Virus record (IMG/VR): IMGVR_UViG_3300044591_001745
Span: 1-64,000 of that record
Reading direction: 5' to 3' (one strand)
Length of the DNA stretch: 64,000 nt
Source: a virus
The position numbers and the translations under genes are program-made. Below are positions 10,758 to 22,515 of this stretch, piece after piece. The notes beneath the pieces are model-generated. The model saw only the letters and a program-made list of their open reading frames with translations. It searched no databases and was not told where the DNA came from. Each line of letters opens with the position of its first letter. The first letter of the stretch is position 1.

Positions 10758-13700
10758 TTATGTGAATATTCTGTTTGGTACAATTAGTATATGATTAGCC
10801 AGATGTCCTATTCCTATATTATCTATTACACTAATATCATTACTTATATTGATAGATCCCCATGGTCCATTTGCACTAATTGGCATTTCAAAAGGAACAA
10901 TGGGTAGATTAATAACAGATGGTATATTACGAATAGAACTAGATAAAGCATCTCTATTGGTAATATTGCCAGTTTGACCAAGATTACTTTCACCCCAAGA
11001 ATACATTTTATTATCTGTTGACTTTATGGCAAATGATGTTATTCTGCCAGCATAAACTCGTTTCCAGTAATTACGACTATTATCATTATTGACGAAACCA
11101 AAGTCTACTTCATTAATGTCTATTTCGTTAGGATCGGCATCAACGGTTTTTGGAGAAGTATTAACTCTAGCCAATTGTCCGAAACTATTATCTCCCCAGG
11201 CCCATAGAGAGCCATAAGTTTCTATACTACTAAATTCTTTCTTGATGGCTAAATTATGATATGCCCCAGCTGCTATATCTAACCAAACGTCTGTTTCTAC
11301 AGATCTGTTCTGTATATCAGAATAGTTATCTTGTAATACATACATTTTTAATGGTAGTGGAGCATATGGAATAATAACGCTCGACCTATTAGGAAGATCT
11401 TTTTCTGCAATGCTTCCTACAGACGGATAGCTTTCTTGTACAACAACTGCTTTGTACAATAGGGTCGAACTTTCTCCTAATCCAAGTTGTTTAAAGTCAT
11501 TATCTCCCCAAACCCACATTTGACCCATCTCGTCTAAACCAAGAGTATGGAATCTGCCCAATGAAATTTTCTTCCATGCGAAACCTCTATTATAGCAATA
11601 CCCGCGACCAGGAGGAGGATTAACTAATCTCATTTTGGTAGTCAGACCAATTAAAACTGTTGGCTTATTATTAACTATCACAGGCTCTTTATTATTATTA
11701 ACCTTTTGAATGATACCTAATCCTAATTGTCCGTACTTGTTACTTCCGCATACAAAAAGTCTGCCATTAGTATCTAGAGCCATTGAATGAGATTCACCAC
11801 CATATACCCTACTAAACTGCTCATATTCATAATTATTATCATTAGTAGACCATTCTGTATCTAAGAATCTAATAATAGATACATATTTGATGCTATTTAT
11901 ATCAATAGAATTAATATTTTCATGATCTATACGCAACTTAGTAACGCCATTGCTTGGTATCCATTCAACATTTAATACCTTAACTTTGTGTAATAATGCT
12001 GGACTAGAATTTTCAGTATATGCATCAAGCATTACTTGATTTTTATTAGTATTAGTCAAAATAGAACTAATATCTCCATAGATTGTAATTACAGAAAATG
12101 CTGCTTTAGTTGGAGTTACAGTAGGAGTAGCGGTGCCGGTATTGGTCTGTGTTGGAGTAACAGAACGAGTAGGAGTAACGCTAACTGTAGTCGAAGGAGT
12201 AGGACTATTCGTAGGAGTTTGTGTACGAGTAGCCGTTACAGTTACGGTCGATGTTGGAGTAGCCGTTAATGTACGCGTTGGAGTAGGTGTAGCAGTTGGT
12301 GTTGGGGTTTGATTTGGAGAAGCTGATGGTGAAGCAGTTATACTCACTGTCGGTGTTGATGTGAGTGTTGTAGTTGATGTTTGTGTGGCCGTTAATGTTG
12401 TAGTTGTAGTCGGAGTCGCTGTTGGAGTAGTTGTTAAGGTTGTAGTTGTACTAGGAGTAAAACTAATAGTGGGGGTCGGAGTTGGAGTTGCTAAGAATAC
12501 ATCATTATTGTCTACACAATATCTATATTCCTTATATGCCTTGATCTTTTTAGGAGTTGGATTAGCTAATAAACCAGGGTCTGTGTCAATTTTGGTCTTT
12601 GAAACTACAGTAGCAACAACATCAAAATCAATTGGCTCATAATCTTCCCATTGTATTCTGATGGTAGTAGAATTAAAAGCAGTTAAAGAGGGAGCATTGA
12701 TCCATACTTTCGCAACACTTCTCTTATGAATATTTCCATCATAATAATCAATAAAAATTTCATCATTAACGGAGAATTCACTTCTAACGTCACCAGGAAC
12801 AATGATATCATATAGGTCCAAATCACTAGAAAAAGTACCAATGCTATAGATAGGACGCTCTAAGTAATGATTACCTAATTGTCCATCAGAGTTTCTACCC
12901 CATGTCCAAATGTCTCCGTTAGAATCAAGAGCTATACCGTGCATGGCTCCTAGACTAACCTGTTCGAATGTTACTCCGGCCACTCCGGAGACTCTAGTGA
13001 ACATAGACTTACTTTCAAAATTACCAATACCCAATTGTCCCCAGGCATTAACGCCTATGGCATGTAATGATCCGCTAGTATCAATAGCAACTGTAAAATT
13101 AGAACCAGCAGCTACGCTATCAAATTCAACAGTGTTATTGGTATTGTGATCTCTATAGTAAAGAATATTTTGATAATTGACTAATTTTTCATTAGTTTGT
13201 GCTGCAAGACGCGGTGGATCTAAAAATCTTTCATTCAATAAATGACTCATACCCAATTGACCATAAGAATTATCACCCCACACTAATGTATTAGATACTA
13301 ATGCTGTAGGAGTTGGGGTTACTGTAGGTGTTCTTGTTTGGGTTGGAGTAAGTGTAGCAGTTATGCTTGGTGTGGGCGTTACTGTTGAAGTTAGGCTCGG
13401 AGTTAATGTAACTGTAGATGTTGGGGTGGGAGTGCTAGTTTTGGTTGGAGTAACAGTAATAGTTGAAGTTTGTGTTGGAGTAGGAGTTTGCGTATTTGTA
13501 GCGGTTAATGTCAATGTACTAGTTGGGGTCCTAGTATTTGTTGGGGTTTGTGTTTGTGTGCTAGTTGGTGTTCTTGTAGGAGTACTAGAGTATGTTGGCG
13601 TAGTAGTAGGAGTGCGTGTAGGATTAGGTGTTCTAGTAGGAGTTTGTGTTGGAGTAGCACTTAATGTTTGCGTTGTAGTCTGAGTTAATGTTGGAGTCTG

Positions 13701-14213
13701 TGTCGGTGTTTGTGTGGCCGTTGGTGTTGGGGTTATCAAAACAGACTGGCTAATATATGAATATGGTTGTATATTATTAAAAGGATTAGTGTTATTGGTT
13801 TGTCCCATAACCCAATAAGAACTAGGAGCATAGTTGCTATCTAATTGAGGGAGATAACCAAAAGTAATAGTGGCTCTATAGCCCAAGCCGGTAATATTGG
13901 GATTATTTGTGCCATTATTATTTGTAGTTAAATAAGCTACAACTCTATTATTGGCATCCAGCATGACTAGTTCTAATTCAGCATAAATAAGTTGACTATT
14001 AGCTGGAGTAGTATTAATAGCTAGTGAAATAATATTTTCATATGAATAAGTATAATTGTCATGAGTATCTGTAACGGTACCAACTAATGCGGTGCCCAAT
14101 GACTGAGAAGCAGTTGTTCCAGTATCTGGATTCCTAAGAGTAAATTTTCCACTTACTCTGTAAATCTGTAATGGATATTGAATTAATTCATTGTAATTTG
14201 TTGCTATTCTCAT
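10758..14213 (-). CDS. RCC1/BLIP-II beta-propeller virion protein with two long Pro-Thr linkers and inserted domains (1151 aa)
   Basis: Repeated WGxNxxGQLG and xxAGxxHxxA blade motifs. (TP)n blocks at about 12110-12490 and 13300-13735. Confidence 0.85.
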   Translation of the reverse strand: MRIATNYNELIQYPLQIYRVSGKFTLRNPDTGTTASQSLGTALVGTVTDTHDNYTYSYENIISLAINTTPANSQLIYAELELVMLDANNRVVAYLTTNNNGTNNPNITGLGYRATITFGYLPQLDSNYAPSSYWVMGQTNNTNPFNNIQPYSYISQSVLITPTPTATQTPTQTPTLTQTTTQTLSATPTQTPTRTPNPTRTPTTTPTYSSTPTRTPTSTQTQTPTNTRTPTSTLTLTATNTQTPTPTQTSTITVTPTKTSTPTPTSTVTLTPSLTSTVTPTPSITATLTPTQTRTPTVTPTPTALVSNTLVWGDNSYGQLGMSHLLNERFLDPPRLAAQTNEKLVNYQNILYYRDHNTNNTVEFDSVAAGSNFTVAIDTSGSLHAIGVNAWGQLGIGNFESKSMFTRVSGVAGVTFEQVSLGAMHGIALDSNGDIWTWGRNSDGQLGNHYLERPIYSIGTFSSDLDLYDIIVPGDVRSEFSVNDEIFIDYYDGNIHKRSVAKVWINAPSLTAFNSTTIRIQWEDYEPIDFDVVATVVSKTKIDTDPGLLANPTPKKIKAYKEYRYCVDNNDVFLATPTPTPTISFTPSTTTTLTTTPTATPTTTTTLTATQTSTTTLTSTPTVSITASPSASPNQTPTPTATPTPTRTLTATPTSTVTVTATRTQTPTNSPTPSTTVSVTPTRSVTPTQTNTGTATPTVTPTKAAFSVITIYGDISSILTNTNKNQVMLDAYTENSSPALLHKVKVLNVEWIPSNGVTKLRIDHENINSIDINSIKYVSIIRFLDTEWSTNDNNYEYEQFSRVYGGESHSMALDTNGRLFVCGSNKYGQLGLGIIQKVNNNKEPVIVNNKPTVLIGLTTKMRLVNPPPGRGYCYNRGFAWKKISLGRFHTLGLDEMGQMWVWGDNDFKQLGLGESSTLLYKAVVVQESYPSVGSIAEKDLPNRSSVIIPYAPLPLKMYVLQDNYSDIQNRSVETDVWLDIAAGAYHNLAIKKEFSSIETYGSLWAWGDNSFGQLARVNTSPKTVDADPNEIDINEVDFGFVNNDNSRNYWKRVYAGRITSFAIKSTDNKMYSWGESNLGQTGNITNRDALSSSIRNIPSVINLPIVPFEMPISANGPWGSINISNDISVIDNIGIGHLANHILIVPNRIFT

Positions 14214-17200
14214 TATTCATCCTTTAAAACTATAAAATACCCAGCTGTTATATCTGGTACAACAGCTTTGAAACGCGACCTTACGGCACTGTTAGGAGTG
14301 GTTCCTGTTCCCCAACCTGTACTGGTGCTAGTATACAATGCTGCTATTGTCGATCCATATTCATAATACGAGATATTTGTTGAATTTAATGTTGTTGCTA
14401 TAGCAACATTAGTCGGCACACTGCTTGGGACAGTACCTATTATAACGGGGCCATTTCCAGCATTGCCTGATCCTCCAGTACCTAATAGTATGTCCTCTAC
14501 GCCAGTCCAATTGGTTGGTAGATTTTGAGCTGTGTCTATAAAAGGATTCATGTGTAATTTATTATTAACATCATAAGCTATAAGCACACTACTACTTGCT
14601 GATAGCTTAGAATATGCCGTACTATTATCAATTAGTACAGGAGCAACAGATGATCCGCTTAGAGTCAATGTGCCCGTATTTACTTTGATGGTACCTCCAA
14701 CCCAAACATTGCCTCCTCCCCAATAGCCAGATAAACGATATAATCCTCCGTCGCTCTTTATTCCATAGAAACCTCCAGCATTACCGGCAACTGATTGCCA
14801 AGAGTCGGTACTAACTCTAACAGGAGCAGTAGAGAAAGTAAAAGTACCGGCCGATCCAGCACCGGTTACTAATCTATTGTCTCCCCAAGCCCATAACGTA
14901 TTATCTGATGCTGAAATCATATACAGAGTAGAAGTATATAATGTATTAGAATCGTATCCCCATCCTGCTACTGATGTAGCCTGAAGATTAACAGACGTGC
15001 CTATTCTGTTCCATGTCGTAGTTGATCCCAAAATAGAACTAGATGATATACCATATATTTTACCAGATTGAGATATGGCAAATAAATATCTTATTGCACC
15101 GGCAGATGTTTGTGGCGATCCAGGATTACCTATTAATTTTACAATGGTTTCACCAGCAGGATTGTTAATTATAGACGATCCTCCAAAAGTATTTGCTGAT
15201 GAACATACTACTACGCCATTGGATAATAAAAATGCAGTATAGAAACGATCAACATAGACAGCCTGAGTAACTTTTGTATTTTGATTACCCGATCCTGTTT
15301 TAAGTGTCCCGACTGAGCCATAATTAAACTCATTCCATTGAGTCCAAATAGCTCCTGGCGTGGTTGGTATAGTTGATGAAACACTACTACGAGTACCTCT
15401 ATAAAAGACTGCTGCTGATTTATCTATTAATGTAGCAGCTGCGGTGACTATGGGGTAGGCGTTATACGATCCAGAGACTATGCAACGATATCTATAACTA
15501 TCAAAAGTAGTATTTAAGTTTGATAAATATAAAATATTATTTGTAGATCCATTGATATTGGACCAATTTATGCCACTGTCGGTTGAGACTTGCCATTGAT
15601 AAGTTATTTGAGCATAGTTCGTGGCAGAAGCCGAAACGCTGAACGAAGCTGCTCCGGCTAAAGATTCAACGCTTTGGGGATTTGCAGAAATTGTTAGAAT
15701 AGCACCACTCCTAATTGCAGCAGAACTATTGCCTCCAGCATATACAGACTCCCAATACGTGTCTCCATTTGCACTAATTTGAACAGGACTTGAGCTGTTA
15801 ATATTTGTTCCATTTCCTAGCTGTCCTTGTAAGTTATTCCCCCATGCCCATAATGAACCATCAATTTTAATGCCTATTACGTGCGTGTTACCAGCACTAA
15901 TGTCTAACCATGTTCCTGATAGTTGATATGGACTATTACGAGAAGTTGTTGTAGAATCTCCTAATTGACCAACGGCATTATTTCCCCAAACCCATAGTGA
16001 TCCATTGGTTTTTAAAGCGGCAGTAAAACCTGCTCCGCAGACAACTTTTGACCAATCGCTACCAGCTACAGCAGTTGGAGCCGATGTATTTGTGTTGTTT
16101 CCTAAGCCCAGTTGCCCATCAGTATTTTGTCCCCATGTATATAATGTTCCACTATTATCAATGGCGGCCGAATGATTCTGCCCACATGCTACACTAACAA
16201 TGTTTGTGGTTATCGTAACAAAAGTATTTTGAGAAGTATTATTGCCTGTACCTAATTGACCATTAGAGTTTAATCCGCAAGCAACCAAGGTTCCATCTGT
16301 TCTAACTGCTAAACTGTGATTTTCTCCAACAGCTATATCTTTGTAATCATTAGTATCCGATATTGCAGTCAATGAGGAAATGACTGTTGACGATGTTCCG
16401 AGTCCACACTGTCCATTAGTATTGTTACCACACGCATATAAGCTATTGCCATTACTATCAGATATAATAAACAAATTATGATTATATTTAGTTACTGCTT
16501 TTACTGCATTTAAAATATTGTTAGCAGAAGCTTGACCCTGGGTATTAATGCCAAAAGAATTAAGTATGCCACTAGCATTAATTAATATCGTATGGTTTTG
16601 TCCTAATGAAGCACTTCTGTAAATATTTGATGGATTGTTTCCGAATCTAGGAAGATTTGAAGAGCCAGTATAGCTTAATTGATCGTTATTATTAGAACCC
16701 CATAACAATAAACCACCAAAAGTATCGGCCACATTTAGTGTGGCGGCGTTACTCGTTACAGGATTTGCTGCTGTATTGGACGAAACAACTACTCTATATT
16801 GATCATTATCAGATGATCTGGTCAAATTAGTAATAGTTAATGTGGTAGAGCTACCAACTCCGGGAATATTAGTGAAAGTAGCTCCGCCATCAGAACTTCT
16901 TTGCCATGTATATGTTAAATTATATAGAGTGGAACCAAGAGAAGGTATGGATGCTAATGTATAAAAAGTTGCACTAGCATTGAATGATGTGACGTTCTGT
17001 GGTTGCAAGGAAATAACAATTTGTGGAGCCGTGACAATGAGTGTTCCAGCGGTAGTGGTTTGGCTAGTAGCTCCGCCATTTCCAGAGACTATTACACGAT
17101 ACATACTACCACTATCTGCTACTGTTAAATTACTCAAGTTTAGCGTACTACTATTAGCTCCGGATATATTGCTATAAGTTGTTCCGCTATTAGTACTTTT

Positions 17201-18547
17201 CTGCCATTGATAAGATAACGTGCAATAATCTGGAGATACATTTGCTTCTACACTAAATGCTCCTGATGTTCCTGATGTAGTCAAATTTTCCGGATCGCTA
17301 GTGATTGTTATCTGGGCTGTTGTAACAGACAATACAGAATTACTACTGTTAACCGGGGTCGGAGTTGATCCTCCACCAGAGGCTACTCCACTAATACGAA
17401 CTCTATAAAAAGCTCCGTTATCAGATAGCTGGGGGTTTGTAATGGTATAAGATGAGGTTACAGCACCAGAGATATCGTTCCAATTACTACCACTATCGGT
17501 GCTTTTTTGCCATTGATACAATAAAGTTATAGATGATGGTACTGCTACGGCGGTAACACTGATTGTTCGATTAATACCTATAGCAGTGAAGATGTCTGAT
17601 ACTGGTTGACTTGTAATATTAATACCAGCTGGTAGCGGAGGTCCGCTGTTTGATGGAGTCTGAGTGTTGGTGGGCGTTACGGTCGGAGTGGCGGGAATAC
17701 CGGCATCGAACCAGAAGCGAGCATTAGGATAATGATCTATACCGGGAGCCGGATAATTGTTACCAAATAATGGATATGAACCATCTTCTGTTGTGGATGG
17801 CCCTTGACGTCCTTTTGGCTTTCCATTGGCAATCCAATTTACATAGCGAGCTATATCACTCCAGCTTACATAGCTGATGGTTCTACTAAGATGTTCTGGT
17901 TGATTAGGAAAACAAGAAGTAGCACCAACAACACATCCATCTACGCTATATACATAAAAGAAACCGTCGTAATCTTTATTAATTCCACAAGCTTTATCTT
18001 TTTCCATTTGTGGTTTCCACAACATATGTGGATCATCGTATTGTGCTACGCTATTTAAAAATTCTACCCAGTCAGCAACAGTAATAGTTGTCCTATATGT
18101 ACCGAATGTTTCTTCGTCCCTAGAAACTATAGTATAGTTGACTATATTACGATGTCTATCAATATTACGAGGAGTAGGAGTAACTGTTGGAGTTGGAGTA
18201 GCAGTACACTGTAAACTAGAACATGATGTATTTTTAACGCAAATAATTTGTCTTCTTAACTTAGTAGTTGTCAATTCGCTATATGGACCGTCAGAAGATA
18301 TTCCATAAAATTCTAAGTTAATAAGATAATGGTTATTTGGATTGTCCCTTAAATGTACAATTATATTGAGCGTTTCAGAAGTGCCGTCGGCTTTAAATTC
18401 TCCTTGAGATGGATGGAATATGGCCTTCCCAGCATTCATTAGGCTGAGTTTATATTTGTAGGTTGTGCCAGGAACAAGATCAACCAAATCTATTATGGCT
18501 GAAACTTCAAATGGACACTCGCATTTGTTTACAGTAATTTCTTGCAT
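14213..18547 (-). CDS. Multidomain virion protein: N-terminal beta-sandwich, truncated FGE/SUMF1-like domain, Ig-like repeats, RCC1 propeller, degenerate second propeller (1444 aa)
   Basis: Four Ig-like units (YQWQxSTxxG...YRVxVS). Canonical RCC1 blades at about 15710-16720. FGE-like motifs [34 protein letters not shown]. Confidence 0.85.
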   Translation of the reverse strand: MQEITVNKCECPFEVSAIIDLVDLVPGTTYKYKLSLMNAGKAIFHPSQGEFKADGTSETLNIIVHLRDNPNNHYLINLEFYGISSDGPYSELTTTKLRRQIICVKNTSCSSLQCTATPTPTVTPTPRNIDRHRNIVNYTIVSRDEETFGTYRTTITVADWVEFLNSVAQYDDPHMLWKPQMEKDKACGINKDYDGFFYVYSVDGCVVGATSCFPNQPEHLSRTISYVSWSDIARYVNWIANGKPKGRQGPSTTEDGSYPLFGNNYPAPGIDHYPNARFWFDAGIPATPTVTPTNTQTPSNSGPPLPAGINITSQPVSDIFTAIGINRTISVTAVAVPSSITLLYQWQKSTDSGSNWNDISGAVTSSYTITNPQLSDNGAFYRVRISGVASGGGSTPTPVNSSNSVLSVTTAQITITSDPENLTTSGTSGAFSVEANVSPDYCTLSYQWQKSTNSGTTYSNISGANSSTLNLSNLTVADSGSMYRVIVSGNGGATSQTTTAGTLIVTAPQIVISLQPQNVTSFNASATFYTLASIPSLGSTLYNLTYTWQRSSDGGATFTNIPGVGSSTTLTITNLTRSSDNDQYRVVVSSNTAANPVTSNAATLNVADTFGGLLLWGSNNNDQLSYTGSSNLPRFGNNPSNIYRSASLGQNHTILINASGILNSFGINTQGQASANNILNAVKAVTKYNHNLFIISDSNGNSLYACGNNTNGQCGLGTSSTVISSLTAISDTNDYKDIAVGENHSLAVRTDGTLVACGLNSNGQLGTGNNTSQNTFVTITTNIVSVACGQNHSAAIDNSGTLYTWGQNTDGQLGLGNNTNTSAPTAVAGSDWSKVVCGAGFTAALKTNGSLWVWGNNAVGQLGDSTTTSRNSPYQLSGTWLDISAGNTHVIGIKIDGSLWAWGNNLQGQLGNGTNINSSSPVQISANGDTYWESVYAGGNSSAAIRSGAILTISANPQSVESLAGAASFSVSASATNYAQITYQWQVSTDSGINWSNINGSTNNILYLSNLNTTFDSYRYRCIVSGSYNAYPIVTAAATLIDKSAAVFYRGTRSSVSSTIPTTPGAIWTQWNEFNYGSVGTLKTGSGNQNTKVTQAVYVDRFYTAFLLSNGVVVCSSANTFGGSSIINNPAGETIVKLIGNPGSPQTSAGAIRYLFAISQSGKIYGISSSSILGSTTTWNRIGTSVNLQATSVAGWGYDSNTLYTSTLYMISASDNTLWAWGDNRLVTGAGSAGTFTFSTAPVRVSTDSWQSVAGNAGGFYGIKSDGGLYRLSGYWGGGNVWVGGTIKVNTGTLTLSGSSVAPVLIDNSTAYSKLSASSSVLIAYDVNNKLHMNPFIDTAQNLPTNWTGVEDILLGTGGSGNAGNGPVIIGTVPSSVPTNVAIATTLNSTNISYYEYGSTIAALYTSTSTGWGTGTTPNSAVRSRFKAVVPDITAGYFIVLKDE

Positions 18548-18574
18548 TTTTTAGAATCCTATGCTGTTATCTAA

Positions 18575-18583
18575 TAATACCCC
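18575..18583 (-). promoter_or_regulatory. Putative late promoter motif GGGGTATTA
   Basis: Instance of the recurrent intergenic GG(T/G)GTA + AT-rich motif, upstream of 14213..18547. Confidence 0.45.
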
Positions 18584-18585
18584 AA

Positions 18586-21288
18586 TCAGGGTGTTGGATT
18601 TTGACCACAATCCGGAATATAAACACACTCATATATCCACTGCCAACATTCCTGTCCTGGTCCAATGCTGACTATTTTTTTGCCAGCCAATAACGGAGTC
18701 ATACAGTCAGGGCATGTGGGAATAACTTCTGGCTGCCAGCAGTCTATAATTGGCTTCGTTGGACTAGGAGTGGGTGTTGGTGTTGGACTACTCCTAGGGG
18801 TATCTGTGGGCCTATTGGTTGGAGTAGGAGTCATCTGAGCCGTGGTGGTACTAGTTGGGGTTTGTGTTGGAGTAGCTGTACGAGTAGTTGTAGTTGTTGG
18901 GGTAGTGGTTATTGTACTAGTTGGAGTTCTAGTTGGTGTGCCAGTAGGAGTTCTTGTGATTAAGTCCTTAAAGCCTACCTCAAAACATCTGTCTAATCCA
19001 ACAGGAGGAGAACTAGGGGTTGGTGTTGGTAGTGGTTGAGATCCTGTGCTTGTATCTTTGATTGTGAAAATTTCTGATCTTGATATTAGACTTTGATATG
19101 CTGAATCAGAGAAAAATTCTATTTGCAATAATTCGCTACCTTCTGTTATCTGATCAGAAGATATCTTTAATTCTAAAGAACCAGTAGAAGACGTTAAATT
19201 AATCTTTCCTCCAATTATTTTTAAATCAGTATCCTGAGCCGTAGCAATAGATCCAGTAGCATTGGTTCCGTCATTAAGTCTAGGATTAGTAGCAATTTTC
19301 CAATATATTGCTGAGCTAGTAAAATTACGAGCTGTAAGATTTAGCGTTAAAGTTTGACCTTCGTTAATTTCATTCGATAATAAAACAGATGGAGTACCAT
19401 CAACAAATGATTCTACTTCTATGAAAGGTTGGGGCGCAGCAACCGTTAATGAGTACTCACGAAAAATACTAGTAGCATTAGCACTAGATATTATAACTTT
19501 GTACATGTTTCCATTGTTTTCCAATGTCAATCCGGTCAATGACAAAGAGCTAGATGATGAGCTTGGTATATCAACATATGTTCCTGAAGATGGAGTTTTA
19601 ATTTGCCATTGATAATTTAATGCTTGAGAAGGAGTTACATTAGCAGTAACAAACAAAGTGGGAGCGCTATTTCCTGTTTGATATACAATATCATTTGCAG
19701 AACCTCCTGTTATTGTAATAACTGGAGCGCCTATAGATAGCGTTATTTCTCTACTGCTAGATGTTACGGCTCCTGTTGAATCAGTTATCACAGCCCTATA
19801 TTTATCGCCATTATCTGCAAAGGTTATATTAGTAAGATTCAATGAAGCGGGACTGCTTGTTCCTGTAGCTCCATTAATGTCTGTCCATATAGAAGAACCG
19901 GCTTCTTGTTTTTGCCATTTATAAGATCCTGTACCATTAGTAATTGTCCAGGGCTCGTTGATAGAGACTGTTGTGCCAGACACTGGCAGAGAAATATCTA
20001 CCGTACCATTGGTCCAGTTGACCGCTGTTGGAGCTAAACCATCATCAGCATAAAATTCAGAAAGAGACATTGTAGAATTTAGAATATTATTACCAGTACT
20101 AGTAATGTTTCCCTCTAAGAATAATGATAAGCAGCCCTTAACTCCTCCCCATAGACTGTAATAGTATCCATAGTATCCTCCTCCAGCAGATGCTCCGCTA
20201 TAAACTCCTAATCTTATCTGTCCGGCAGTTACTGGCGTAGATAGTTGGTATATTCTAGTACCATCAATACTATCGCTGCCAGTGTTTGCAAGAGTATCAA
20301 TCAGAGTTAATGTTGGAAGAGTTATCCAGTTTTGGGCGGTTGGATCAACAGTATATTGTGCATAAGAGCTTGTTAGAATAGAGGTGTTGTTTCCTGGCTT
20401 TACTCCTATATAACTAATGAGTCGTGAATTTCCAAATGAAGTCTTTACATATGGTGGGTAGGTGGTCGTCGCGACCGCTGTTTTTAGCGCTGTGGAGCCA
20501 AAATTATTAGTAGCTGGATCTCCATACAAAATGTACATAGCTCTATTTCTTGGAGATGTTGCTTTGTAAGCTATATCATGTTGTCTTTGTGGTTGCGAAG
20601 TTGTTCCAATTAAGCTTAATTTAATGTAACGTATTTGTCCTATACTAGAAGGCATTGTAATGCTTAGGTCAAGATTTTTAGATAGTGGAGTATCTATAAT
20701 ATTGTCTTGAAAATCTAGAAAACCACCACCGGTTATACTATACTGTATTTTGTATCTTGCAGTAGGAGAGTAACCTAAAAATTTAGGATTATCTGACGGA
20801 ATCAATGATGGAAAACTATCCCCGCAATTATTATTTGGTTTTGAAATCAAATATTCTAGCTCTCCAGATGAGCTATAAAATCCACTATCTCCTGCAATCA
20901 ATTTGGTTGGTAGTGTTCCATTAACAGCTAAATAAGTAGGATCTGGAGATTCTGATGTTGAGAAATTATATATTCTAACAGAAGCAAATATGGAGTTGGT
21001 TCCAGCTAGAGAAATTATACCACCAGGATATTCTAATGCTGTTTGGCCTTTAATTCTTAAAGTTTGAACAGTTTTAAGTGATCCTAAGTCCATAATTATG
21101 CCGGTGTCTGCTGTTGCTGTATATGTTCTTGAAGATCCATTAAAAACAGCATTGGTTGTTCCGCTAAAAATCTTAGTTGTACTAGTTAACACACTAGAAT
21201 TATCAGACAATAACTCAAAAGATGGAGCAAGATATGCTGGGTCTACGCTTGTTCCCTGAGATAATGTATAAGTAGCATTAATTTTCAT
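18586..21288 (-). CDS. Virion surface protein with Ig-like and Calx-beta-like domains, PT linker and Cys-rich tail (900 aa)
   Basis: Two Ig-like units (YKWQKQ...GDKYRAVI; YQWQIK...GNMYKVII). INEGQTLT...DQITEGSE...TIKDTS Calx-beta-like pattern. IMDLGSLKTVQTLRI resembles a discoidin-type strand. Six Cys in the last ~52 aa. SD GGAG. Confidence 0.75.
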   Translation of the reverse strand: MKINATYTLSQGTSVDPAYLAPSFELLSDNSSVLTSTTKIFSGTTNAVFNGSSRTYTATADTGIIMDLGSLKTVQTLRIKGQTALEYPGGIISLAGTNSIFASVRIYNFSTSESPDPTYLAVNGTLPTKLIAGDSGFYSSSGELEYLISKPNNNCGDSFPSLIPSDNPKFLGYSPTARYKIQYSITGGGFLDFQDNIIDTPLSKNLDLSITMPSSIGQIRYIKLSLIGTTSQPQRQHDIAYKATSPRNRAMYILYGDPATNNFGSTALKTAVATTTYPPYVKTSFGNSRLISYIGVKPGNNTSILTSSYAQYTVDPTAQNWITLPTLTLIDTLANTGSDSIDGTRIYQLSTPVTAGQIRLGVYSGASAGGGYYGYYYSLWGGVKGCLSLFLEGNITSTGNNILNSTMSLSEFYADDGLAPTAVNWTNGTVDISLPVSGTTVSINEPWTITNGTGSYKWQKQEAGSSIWTDINGATGTSSPASLNLTNITFADNGDKYRAVITDSTGAVTSSSREITLSIGAPVITITGGSANDIVYQTGNSAPTLFVTANVTPSQALNYQWQIKTPSSGTYVDIPSSSSSSLSLTGLTLENNGNMYKVIISSANATSIFREYSLTVAAPQPFIEVESFVDGTPSVLLSNEINEGQTLTLNLTARNFTSSAIYWKIATNPRLNDGTNATGSIATAQDTDLKIIGGKINLTSSTGSLELKISSDQITEGSELLQIEFFSDSAYQSLISRSEIFTIKDTSTGSQPLPTPTPSSPPVGLDRCFEVGFKDLITRTPTGTPTRTPTSTITTTPTTTTTRTATPTQTPTSTTTAQMTPTPTNRPTDTPRSSPTPTPTPSPTKPIIDCWQPEVIPTCPDCMTPLLAGKKIVSIGPGQECWQWIYECVYIPDCGQNPTP

Positions 21289-21293
21289 TATAT

Positions 21294-22463
21294 TTACTCC
21301 ACCGATCTAACTATAGGTTGTGATAGCCTAAATGTAGGGGACTGAGGAGGCGAGTCACAATCAACATATATGCTTAAAATATCTTTATCAATATTTGTAG
21401 CACCAATATTTAATGAAGATACTATTGTAAAAATATTATTATTTGTATTATTAACAAATTTTACCTTAGCATAAATTGAACGATTAGGCAGTTGATTTTT
21501 ATTTAAATAGAAGTCTTGATTTACAAATATAACATTTGTATCTTCAGAATCTAAATGAACGTGGTAGTCTGTATTTTTTTTAAGATTTGTGAGGTTTATA
21601 ACCACGGAAACTATAGCTGTATAGTCTTCTTTGCATGTGCCGGGTTTTTGATCTAGTCTTATGGCCTTAACATTATTGTCTATAAAATTTACTTCCTGCT
21701 TGTTGATATTAAAACATTGTTCAATATCAAATGCTATTCTTTCGAATTTAGTTGATGTAGGAGTGCTTCCTGTAGAATACCATACAAAAGGAAGGGTTTG
21801 GTCTTGTCTGGGAATAACAATATATCCCTCTTCTCTTTTCAAATAAGAAATTTGATTCAGAACATCGTTTATGCGAACGTGTCTATTAGAGATGTATGCG
21901 CCATTACTAGTTGTTGTATAAATTTTATCTATTTTAGTAAATAGGTTGGTTAGGTCTTCTAAAAATATCCATTCATCATTTTGAGTAATATAGGCTCCTT
22001 TACCATCAATCCATACATAGACATTATTAGGCAATACCGATATAGGCTCAACAAATATATTTGGTTTAGGAAATACTACTTCTATTTTAGTTTCTGTACC
22101 TTCTTTGGAAACTTTACCTCCGGATAAAGTTATTACTGGTGCCGAAGTATATCCAGCGCCCTCGTTGGTTATTTTAATAGATTGAATAGTTTTAGGATCG
22201 CTATTTAAAGTTACAGTTGCTGTGGCTCCTTTGCCGCCCCCTCCAGTTATAGTTACTGAAGGGGCTTCGCTATACTCTACTGTTCCTAATGTAATTTTTA
22301 GATTATTATCAGATAAAGGAACTCCAACATCTTTTATGACAAAATCAGTTAGGCCACGAGGAGTAGACGAAGCATCAAGAATATAGGAAAATTTTAATGG
22401 CCTATCTTCACCAGTATATTCAACAATTTGTATGCTTTTTGATATGATTTCTTCGGTTAGCAT
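21294..22463 (-). CDS. Virion structural protein, paralogue of 22516..24072, with a GAGYTSAP-type repeat insert
   Basis: Start reassigned from TTG 22496 to ATG 22461-22463 (MLTEEIISK), which matches the paralogue start MLQTHYISK. Contains YSEAPSVTITGGGGKGATAT / GAGYTSAPVITLSGG. Confidence 0.75.
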   Translation of the reverse strand: MLTEEIISKSIQIVEYTGEDRPLKFSYILDASSTPRGLTDFVIKDVGVPLSDNNLKITLGTVEYSEAPSVTITGGGGKGATATVTLNSDPKTIQSIKITNEGAGYTSAPVITLSGGKVSKEGTETKIEVVFPKPNIFVEPISVLPNNVYVWIDGKGAYITQNDEWIFLEDLTNLFTKIDKIYTTTSNGAYISNRHVRINDVLNQISYLKREEGYIVIPRQDQTLPFVWYSTGSTPTSTKFERIAFDIEQCFNINKQEVNFIDNNVKAIRLDQKPGTCKEDYTAIVSVVINLTNLKKNTDYHVHLDSEDTNVIFVNQDFYLNKNQLPNRSIYAKVKFVNNTNNNIFTIVSSLNIGATNIDKDILSIYVDCDSPPQSPTFRLSQPIVRSVE

Positions 22464-22504
22464 TATAATATGGCCTATATTAAAAAATTTGTGCAACTAC
22501 AATT

Positions 22505-22514
22505 AGTATACCCC
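22505..22514 (-). promoter_or_regulatory. Putative late promoter motif GGGGTATACT
   Basis: Recurrent intergenic motif, immediately after the stop of 22516..24072. Confidence 0.45.
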
Positions 22515-22515
22515 A

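Noticed and set aside
12361-19039. Plus-strand ORFs rich in VGVGV (12361..12642, 13363..13683, 18842..19039) and other short plus-strand ORFs throughout
   Set aside because: They are antisense shadows of the PT tracts and other minus-strand genes and lie wholly inside long ORFs.
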